From: a virus
Taxonomy: Duplodnaviria > Caudoviricetes
Direction: 5' to 3' (one strand)
Virus record (IMG/VR): IMGVR_UViG_3300033067_000874
Location: 1-27,568 of that record
DNA: 27,568 nt
The translations under genes and the position numbers were made by a program. Positions 18,313 to 24,737 of this stretch are shown piece by piece (the first letter of the stretch is position 1; each line of letters starts with the position of its first letter). The notes under the pieces were generated by a model. The model did not search any database. It saw nothing but the letters and a program-made list of their open reading frames with translations, and had not been told where the DNA came from.

Positions 18313-18506
18313 GATTCCTCCGCCCTTAACTCATGTGTTTTCACATAGTCCAATATGGGCTGGCAAATGCCCGTAAACGCATCCTCAACAGCAAAGCCCA
18401 TATATTCAAGCGTTCGCCCAATGGCGCATATGCCGCGTATCAATAGGCACAGTGCAAATCCAGTCGCGGTAAGCCGTAGGGTTACGTAATATTTTGCTTT
18501 TGCCAT
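18297..18506 (-). CDS. Hypothetical protein (69 aa)
   Basis: TAATG coupling to the portal stop with GGAGG upstream; no recognisable motif. Confidence 0.55.
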   Translation of the reverse strand: MAKAKYYVTLRLTATGFALCLLIRGICAIGRTLEYMGFAVEDAFTGICQPILDYVKTHELRAEESWHNS

Positions 18507-21244
18507 TACCCCTCCAACATCACCCGCACATCAGCGGCCCGATAGAACGCCTCGCCCACCTTCAACACTGGCGCGTCAGTTGTGGCCTTAATGCCGCCGT
18601 GAACGTTGAACCGCTCCACTTTCTCAATCGCGCCAAGTTCAGCGCCCGCGCTGTCGTAGGCGATGCGGCCCACGTAGTCAATCACTGGCAACAACGCCTT
18701 CCCCGCCGCAGCCGTGGCGCTGCTGATTGCGTCCGCTACTTGGTCGGTAGGCGATGACTGGTTGAGCCTGTTGATTTGCTTGTCGATCATCTTCGCTACT
18801 TTGTCCAGCTTCTCACGCGCCGCGTTTGCCGCGTCCGAGTTGTTGCCCTCTAGCTTTTTGAGCGCGTCGTCAATGTCTGAGCGCTGTTGCACGGCCTTGT
18901 TCAATCGCTCTTGTCGCTTCTTCTCCTTCTCTGCGGCTTTCTGTTCCTCGGTCTTCTTGGGCTTCTTCCCTTTCTTGCCTTTGCCTTTCTTGCCTGCCGC
19001 GTTCTTCATAGCGCGGTCGATGATGGCCTGCCGTCGCTCCTCGTTAAGGTCGCGGTTATTCTTGCGGTCAATCGGCGCGCCGTCCACAGATGAGAACTTG
19101 CCGCCTTGGTCGCGCTTGGTATTGCCCGCCTTGGCTGCTGAATCGCCCTCGCCGCCCATCATGCTGCCTTCGCCCTCGGCCTCATCTTCCATTTCATCGG
19201 CCTCGCGCTCTGCTATGGCTACCTCATCCATCGCCGCCAATAATTCATCTTCAATCATGTCGGCCTCGGCCTGTTGCGCCGCGTCTTCTGGATCAAGCGG
19301 GTCTTCCTCATCGCCTTCCATGACGGGTGTCTCCAACAACGCGGCAACCTGTGAGGGTAGCGCACACGGTAGCAATAGTTCGATTTGCGCCTGCGCTTGG
19401 TCGTCGCTAATCAGCCCCGCGTTGAGGTTGTCCACAACTGTTTGCAGCGCGGTTAGGGTTGGTGCGTCAATGCCCATAGGTTCGTCCTCGTCTTCGGTTT
19501 CTTGCTCCTGTTCGGCTGGCTCTGGCGCGGGTTTGCGCAAGAATATCTCTAGCGTAGTGTCGTCAATGTCCGGCATGGTCTGCCGAATCATCGTTTGCGC
19601 TTGCTCTAAATCAATGTCGCCCTTGCGATACTGGCCTGCAATTACGCGCGCTTGAATCATGCCGCTGGCGTTGGGCTTGGCCGCTTCGGGCTGGTCGGTT
19701 GGCGCGACCTCTTGTGGTTGATCTTTGATGTTGATTGTGTTGTCGGTGTCTTTAGCGATGAAATCCTCAATGTCTTGTGCATTCATCGACGGCGCGATCA
19801 TGCGCAACATTGCCCGCGCTTGTTTGTCAGTGAGGTTGCCCGCCGCGTATGACTCAGCCACACCGCGCAGGTTTACCAACTGCGTAGAGGTCAGCGGCGA
19901 TGCGGTTGCGGGGTTGACAATCTCGCCGTCTGCGTTCGTGGTCTGTGCGTCTTGCGGCTGCGTTGTGTCTGGTTGTCCACCGTTCACAATCAGCGTCACG
20001 TCATCGGCGGCGGGGTTGCCCTCAATGCGGTCGTGGCCCAATTCCTCGCGGCTTTCGTTCACCGTAATCACGCCGCCTTGCAGCTTGGTTACGGTGGTCT
20101 GCGCCCTGATGCTATCCACCTCAGCCCGCTTGGTTTCATCCTCTTGCAGCGCGTCTACGTCATCAAAGCAGAACTGTAGGTATAGCCCCTCCTCTTTGCT
20201 GCCCTCGTAGTCGCTCCACAGCAGGTAGTTGTTGAACGACTCGGCAACCATCTGCGCCAAAGGAACAATCTTGCCGCGCCAGAACTGTGTCATTTGTGCG
20301 TCGGCATTTGCCAGTTTCGATGCGTCTGAGTAGTCACCGGCCACGGCAGGAGGCACACCATACGCCGCCATGATTTCGTTCATCAGACGCATAGAGCGTT
20401 GTTCGCGCTGTTGCTCGGTCGCGGTGAGTTGCCCGCTAGCGTAGGTCATGCCTTGCGGCAAAAACCTATCATCGGCCATAAGCTCAGTGTCGCGGTTCTT
20501 GGCATTCCACGCGGTAATAAACTGAGCCGCGTCTGAGTCGATCATGTTGAAGTCTGCCCCAACAATCCCACCGCCCTTGCCGCCGTTGCGGTCAATGGCC
20601 TCCTGCGCCATGTCTGAAAGTGCATAGCGGTTGATTGCAGCCACGGCGCGTGATGTGGGTGATGTGCAAATAAACGGGTCGCGGCGCGATGGATAGTAGA
20701 CGCGGATCACGTCTTCAATCGCGTAATGGTCAGTGCCGTAATACTTGTATGCCGTGGGGTAGCCGCGCTCATCGCGTAGCATGTCCATTTGTAGCGCGGG
20801 CAGAATGTGAAGCTCTACAGGCTCGCCGCCACTGTCGGGGCGCAATTTGTAGATGAGCCATTGGCCGAATACGTTTAGCTGCTCCATGCCCGCACGTTTG
20901 AAACTCGCCTCGTCTAAGTAGAACGGGTTGACGGTTTTAAGCAGGTCAAGGACAGGATGCTCCTCAACGCATTCGGGCTTATCCTCTTTCTTCGCCGCTT
21001 TCTTGTAGAGTTTTAGCGGTGTCAGCGCTACCGCGTCGGCAATGGCCTGAATGCAATTGCTGGCCCACACGTTGTAGGTGGCGGCATCATCCCAGCCCAT
21101 TTCGTTATCCGCGTAGAGCCGTAGTGCATTGCGGCCCGCGTTCAAGCCCGTCACCCATGATGAGGTTGTTCCCCACGCTTGCAGGCGCGGCGGCTGGTTG
21201 GCTTTCGCAGCGAAGATTCCTTTGAAGGTGTCAATTAGTCCCAT
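18506..21244 (-). CDS. Portal protein (HK97-like) with C-terminal extension of about 490 aa
   Basis: VWASNCIQAIADAVALTPLKLY, EHPVLDLLKTVNP, EIMAAYGVPP, GVITVNESREELG motifs; follows TerL. Start placed at ATG 21244, just after the TerL stop. Confidence 0.92.
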   Translation of the reverse strand: MGLIDTFKGIFAAKANQPPRLQAWGTTSSWVTGLNAGRNALRLYADNEMGWDDAATYNVWASNCIQAIADAVALTPLKLYKKAAKKEDKPECVEEHPVLDLLKTVNPFYLDEASFKRAGMEQLNVFGQWLIYKLRPDSGGEPVELHILPALQMDMLRDERGYPTAYKYYGTDHYAIEDVIRVYYPSRRDPFICTSPTSRAVAAINRYALSDMAQEAIDRNGGKGGGIVGADFNMIDSDAAQFITAWNAKNRDTELMADDRFLPQGMTYASGQLTATEQQREQRSMRLMNEIMAAYGVPPAVAGDYSDASKLANADAQMTQFWRGKIVPLAQMVAESFNNYLLWSDYEGSKEEGLYLQFCFDDVDALQEDETKRAEVDSIRAQTTVTKLQGGVITVNESREELGHDRIEGNPAADDVTLIVNGGQPDTTQPQDAQTTNADGEIVNPATASPLTSTQLVNLRGVAESYAAGNLTDKQARAMLRMIAPSMNAQDIEDFIAKDTDNTINIKDQPQEVAPTDQPEAAKPNASGMIQARVIAGQYRKGDIDLEQAQTMIRQTMPDIDDTTLEIFLRKPAPEPAEQEQETEDEDEPMGIDAPTLTALQTVVDNLNAGLISDDQAQAQIELLLPCALPSQVAALLETPVMEGDEEDPLDPEDAAQQAEADMIEDELLAAMDEVAIAEREADEMEDEAEGEGSMMGGEGDSAAKAGNTKRDQGGKFSSVDGAPIDRKNNRDLNEERRQAIIDRAMKNAAGKKGKGKKGKKPKKTEEQKAAEKEKKRQERLNKAVQQRSDIDDALKKLEGNNSDAANAAREKLDKVAKMIDKQINRLNQSSPTDQVADAISSATAAAGKALLPVIDYVGRIAYDSAGAELGAIEKVERFNVHGGIKATTDAPVLKVGEAFYRAADVRVMLEG

Positions 21245-21248
21245 GTTG

Positions 21249-23450
21249 TTATCCGTATGCAAAGCGCTGTCGAACGTTGCTCCAACAGAGCGCCAAACTC
21301 ATCACGCAATTGTGAACAAGGATGCCATTCGCAAAGTATTCTGGCGTATCCTCAACTTGTAGATTGAATACCCTTTGAACCTCTGCGGTATTTGTAGCCA
21401 CAGTGCCGAGAGCAATACTTTGCTCCAATCCTTCTTGTGTATGTAAAGGTCTTTCCGCACTGCAAACAGGTTGCTTCCTGTGGCTCTCCAAAGAATGCCT
21501 TTTTAGCGGCAGCCCTTGCGTATTCAGATGCTCGCTCTGGGTCTTCGTCTCGCCATTTCTGTAGATCGCGTGTGGCACGTTCTTTCTGAGAATGCCCATT
21601 TCTAGACAACTGCTCTCGCGCCAGTTCTGGGTTTTCTTTTCGCCAATCGGCAAGAGCGGCAGTAAGCCTTCCCGCCTGCTTTCGGCCATTCTCTCTAAAT
21701 ACACTGGATGCAAGTTCTGGGTTCTCACTCTTCCATTTGTGAAGTTCCGCAGAAATTCTTGCGGAGTGCTTGCGCCCATGCTCAACAGACCTTGCGCGGC
21801 GTTCTGGCTCAAGCATGTGCATTCTGTGATGCTCTTTGGAGTCGATAGCCTCAAGGTTGTCGATTGCGTTATTGAGTGTGTTCCCGTCTTTGTGGTGAAT
21901 GTCGAACCCTGATGGTATTTCTCCGTGGGCATCAATCCATATTTGCCGGTGTAAAGGGAATGGGGCAGCTTTGTTTTTAGAGTGCCGCCAGTAGTAGCGG
22001 CGCAGGTGTGCGCGAGGTGACTTAGGGTAGCGGTGATATTTCTGATCTCGATAGATGATAGTTTCTCGTTCCATACGTATATTGTATCATTGGCTTTCGC
22101 TTTTGCTAGAGCCAATTCACCGTATGGAGTGATAACCGGATGGTCTGGCGTGCCGGTCAAGCCGAGTAAATGGTTAGTAATAACGGGCTTCAACTTGTTT
22201 CGTGTAGCAACTACGCGGCGATACCCCTCTCGTGTCATTACCATGTCGCCCACTTTGATATTTTCGATAGGCACTTGCCCCGTATTGGTTAATATCATTG
22301 TGCCAGCCACAAAACAGTCGTCGTGCATTCCGTCCGGCGCGTTGTATTTCACGCCGCCCGATGGCGAACGCTGCGATTCATACGCCTCTAGTTCGCCAAT
22401 TAGGATCGGGTCGTTCGGTATCTTGATTGCCCCACGCTCAAACGATGCGGCCAACTCCTCAATGATGTCGGCCTTCGTAGTTGCGGTCGTGGTGAAATCG
22501 CGCACCTTCACCCCCATGCGCCGCAGCATGTCGTTGTTGGGCTTGCCCATTGCGTTTTCTTCGGCAATCACCACCCGCACGCCGAACCGGTCGCACGTTG
22601 CCTTGATGCGCTCACGCTGTAGGCTGTAGTCGATGCCGTTGAATCGGTCGGTGTAAACCAGTGTCTTATCGGTGCTGTCGATGATAGATAGCACCGTATA
22701 GTCGTTCGACAGCGCCCAATCCAGACCGGCAACGTAGGTGTGATTCACTAGTGGCTCATTGATGCGCTCGGCGATGGCACAGGCGCGAATGTTGCGAAAC
22801 ACGCCGCCGCCATCGTCTATAAACGCCGCCTCAATCTCTTGTTGGTATGAGCGTTCGGCCATGCTCTCGCGGGCCAGTTCGATTTCTGACGCGGGTATGA
22901 ATGGGTTGGTGTGGGTTGGATAGCGGAATGAGCGCCAGTCCTTTCGCCCACTCTCGCCCCACTGATACATGGTGTGGTAATCGTTCTTCCCGTTCGGCGT
23001 GCTGAGAAAGAACGCATCGCCTTGGTAGTCAATCAGGGTTGGCCGTATGACGTTGTTGAATGCGTCTAGAAGGTTGGGCGCGAATGCCGCCTCATTGACG
23101 ATGGCACGGTGATAGCGACGGCCACGCGCTGAGTTCACGGCATCCAGCGACCACATATCCAGAATGCCGCCGGTAATCAGTTCTATACGGCGCTCTTGCA
23201 CGCTGATGCGCTTGGCAATCGGGAATAGGAGGTTAGTCACCTCGCGCCATGTATCCGTTAGCATGGTGTAGTTGGGGTTGAACCACGCGCAGTATTTGCC
23301 GTGTAGCCCCGGTTCGATATACAGCCGCCGCGCAAGCACGTCTTTGCCCCAGCGCCGCCCGCAGTTGATAACGTTGAACCGTGCCAGATGGCGTAGCACT
23401 TCTTCTTGTGCGTCATGTGTCGCCTCTAGCTCGATCCTGATGGTTGACAT
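21249..23450 (-). CDS. terL: Terminase large subunit containing an intein (733-aa precursor, 397 aa spliced)
   Basis: Walker A-like GRRWGKD, Walker B-like AIVNEAA, coupling motif LSTPNG, nuclease motifs GLDWA and HDD|C. Confidence 0.95.
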   Translation of the reverse strand: MSTIRIELEATHDAQEEVLRHLARFNVINCGRRWGKDVLARRLYIEPGLHGKYCAWFNPNYTMLTDTWREVTNLLFPIAKRISVQERRIELITGGILDMWSLDAVNSARGRRYHRAIVNEAAFAPNLLDAFNNVIRPTLIDYQGDAFFLSTPNGKNDYHTMYQWGESGRKDWRSFRYPTHTNPFIPASEIELARESMAERSYQQEIEAAFIDDGGGVFRNIRACAIAERINEPLVNHTYVAGLDWALSNDYTVLSIIDSTDKTLVYTDRFNGIDYSLQRERIKATCDRFGVRVVIAEENAMGKPNNDMLRRMGVKVRDFTTTATTKADIIEELAASFERGAIKIPNDPILIGELEAYESQRSPSGGVKYNAPDGMHDDCFVAGTMILTNTGQVPIENIKVGDMVMTREGYRRVVATRNKLKPVITNHLLGLTGTPDHPVITPYGELALAKAKANDTIYVWNEKLSSIEIRNITATLSHLAHTCAATTGGTLKTKLPHSLYTGKYGLMPTEKYHQGSTFTTKTGTHSITQSTTLRLSTPKSITECTCLSQNAAQGLLSMGASTPQEFLRNFTNGRVRTQNLHPVYLERMAESRREGLLPLLPIGEKKTQNWRESSCLEMGILRKNVPHAIYRNGETKTQSEHLNTQGLPLKRHSLESHRKQPVCSAERPLHTQEGLEQSIALGTVATNTAEVQRVFNLQVEDTPEYFANGILVHNCVMSLALCWSNVRQRFAYG
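21352..22074 (-). CDS. HNH homing endonuclease with helical repeats and C-terminal Cys4 zinc finger, nested out of frame inside the intein
   Basis: HRQIW...IPSGFDIHHKDGNTLNNAIDNLEAI...EH (HNH_3-type); CLQCGKTF...KYCSRHC; -1 frame relative to TerL. Confidence 0.9.
   Translation of the reverse strand: MERETIIYRDQKYHRYPKSPRAHLRRYYWRHSKNKAAPFPLHRQIWIDAHGEIPSGFDIHHKDGNTLNNAIDNLEAIDSKEHHRMHMLEPERRARSVEHGRKHSARISAELHKWKSENPELASSVFRENGRKQAGRLTAALADWRKENPELAREQLSRNGHSQKERATRDLQKWRDEDPERASEYARAAAKKAFFGEPQEATCLQCGKTFTYTRRIGAKYCSRHCGYKYRRGSKGIQSTS
22074..22089 (-). promoter_or_regulatory. Putative extended -10 promoter giving a leaderless HNH transcript
   Basis: TG-A-TACAAT (22089-22081), then 6 nt (ATACGT), then ATG at 22074; no SD present. 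Confidence 0.6.
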
Positions 23451-23829
23451 ATACGACCTCTATCGTTTGCGTTCCTGTGCCGTCTATCTTGGCTTTCTGC
23501 TCTACTGCCCCGTCAATGCGGTCAAGGGCATGGCCGATTAGCCCCGGCGATGGCTCGTTAATCATTGCCATCCACCACCGTAACGCGACAACCCCCGCCA
23601 ATGGCACTGGCCCCGTTTTCATCTTGCGAAACTCTGGCGCATATTGTTCGCAGACCTGCGCCAACTGTTCGGAGGTCATCGCGCCAAACTCTTTGAGCCA
23701 GTGGGCGATGCTGATTTCATTCTTGGGGCGGCCTGACGGATTGCCCGATTGCCCCGGCTGAAACCGCTTGCCTACTGGCATCTTTCGTTTGGCTGATTTG
23801 CCGCTGTTTGCAGGGGTTAGTTTTGCCAT
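23413..23829 (-). CDS. terS: Terminase small subunit (DUF5681-like)
   Basis: RFQPGQSGNPSGRPK motif and C-terminal LDRIDGAVEQK; overlaps the TerL start. Confidence 0.8.
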   Translation of the reverse strand: MAKLTPANSGKSAKRKMPVGKRFQPGQSGNPSGRPKNEISIAHWLKEFGAMTSEQLAQVCEQYAPEFRKMKTGPVPLAGVVALRWWMAMINEPSPGLIGHALDRIDGAVEQKAKIDGTGTQTIEVVYVNHQDRARGDT

Positions 23830-23832
23830 AAC

Positions 23833-24147
23833 TCACGCTACCACAACCACATCAAGCGCCGGTTTTGCCGGGGTGTATCGCGCATTGGTGAACGTGATGA
23901 TGATGCGAAATTTGCCCGCAACCGCGCTGCTAAACACCGGCAGCGTAATCACATTGTCTGCAACGGTTGCCGTGCCGGTTAGCACCGTGCTAGTCACGTC
24001 CTCCGATGAGTTCTCCATATCAAACGCTTCGGCGCTAGGGTCAGTCGGGCTCCCGCCGTAGTTGGTGGTGTCAATAGGGAATGCAATCCCTTCCCCCACT
24101 CGCATATATTTAGGCGATTCGACCGCCATTAGCTCTTGAATAACCAT
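23833..24147 (-). CDS. Small beta-rich hypothetical protein, possibly a virion fibre adaptor
   Basis: 104 aa with alternating hydrophobic beta pattern (FPIDTT, NVITLPV, KFRIIITFT, LDVVVV); first gene after the leader terminator. Function is a guess. Confidence 0.6.
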   Translation of the reverse strand: MVIQELMAVESPKYMRVGEGIAFPIDTTNYGGSPTDPSAEAFDMENSSEDVTSTVLTGTATVADNVITLPVFSSAVAGKFRIIITFTNARYTPAKPALDVVVVA

Positions 24148-24156
24148 AGGTAAAGT

Positions 24157-24194
24157 GAAAACAAAAAGCGGCTTGCCACAACTGGCAAGCCGCT
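24157..24194 (-). terminator. Intrinsic terminator / attenuator upstream of the packaging genes
   Basis: Perfect 12-bp stem AGCGGCTTGCCA/TGGCAAGCCGCT (24167-24178, 24183-24194), 4-nt loop, ending on the minus strand in TTTTTGTTTTC. Confidence 0.8.
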
Positions 24195-24195
24195 G

Positions 24196-24226
24196 GTAGT
24201 TCCATCTGGTTTGTGCGTCAATTTTA
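24196..24226 (-). promoter_or_regulatory. Putative -10 box TAAAAT plus conserved 15-mer ACCAGATGGAACTAC (copy 2)
   Basis: TAAAAT at 24226-24221 (overlaps the upstream stop codon); 15-mer at 24210-24196. Confidence 0.55.
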
Positions 24227-24433
24227 CCGCCTAAACTGCGGCTCTGACGACACAGGGGCGGCGGCGCACACGATTGACTCTAGCGCCCGTTTCGCCCACA
24301 CGCGCCCATCTTTCACATTGACTTCCTCAAACACCAAAACGCCTGACGATGACTGAGACATGGCACGGCGCAATAAATCAAGCCATGCCAGTTCTAGAGG
24401 GGTAACGAACTCTTGTGTTCTAGTTTGTGCCAT
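24224..24433 (-). CDS. Small hypothetical protein (69 aa), candidate regulator
   Basis: MAQTRTQEFVTPLELAWLDLLRRAMSQSSSGVLVFEEVNVKDGRVW...; ATG 24433 preferred over the track's start. Confidence 0.6.
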   Translation of the reverse strand: MAQTRTQEFVTPLELAWLDLLRRAMSQSSSGVLVFEEVNVKDGRVWAKRALESIVCAAAPVSSEPQFRR

Positions 24434-24737
24434 TGGAATGTAAATCAATCTCAATACTGCGCGGTGTCGGCGTTACAAGTATGTCCCTGTGCCTCAGTGT
24501 TATTTCAATGCCACGCTCTGGCAACTCGCAACGACTCTCCCGCCCCGCCAACATCAGCCCCACCTCGCGCTCTGCAACTGCCATCGCCACGCTGCGCTCG
24601 AACAGTTCTACCGCTACGTCACGCTCAGGCACAGCCAGCGTGATAGAGCGCGGATAGAGCGTGAGGGTTGCCGCGCTAGGCGCGGGGGGCGTAACGGTCT
24701 GCGTCCCCTTTTGGCGGAAGAAGAAAAAGAATGACAT
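24420..24737 (-). CDS. Hypothetical protein with eight 9-residue Arg-anchored repeats
   Basis: YPRSITLAV/PERDVAVEL/FERSVAMAV/AEREVGLML/AGRESRCEL/PERGIEITL/RHRDILVTP/TPRSIEIDL; TAATG coupling to the upstream gene. Confidence 0.7.
   Translation of the reverse strand: MSFFFFFRQKGTQTVTPPAPSAATLTLYPRSITLAVPERDVAVELFERSVAMAVAEREVGLMLAGRESRCELPERGIEITLRHRDILVTPTPRSIEIDLHSNGTN

Larger units (their letters stand above)
21309..22316 (-). mobile_element. Intein (336 aa, residues 379-714 of TerL)
   Basis: Block A CFVAGTMILT, block B GTPDHPVIT, block F VFNLQVEDTPEYFANG, block G ILVHN followed by extein Cys+1; removal restores HDDCVMSLAL. Confidence 0.95.

Noticed and set aside
18714-19655. 313-aa plus-strand ORF
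   Set aside because: Antisense shadow of the Glu/Asp/Lys-rich portal extension (Ser/Phe-rich mirror composition); no motifs.
21592-22629. Plus-strand ORFs (106 aa, 198 aa) opposite the intein/TerL, suggesting a third coding layer
   Set aside because: No motifs or initiation signals; explained as antisense mirrors.
24219-24231. ops-like (RfaH) sequence GGCGGTAAAATTG
   Set aside because: Only a partial match to GGCGGTAG and absent from the other cassette copy.
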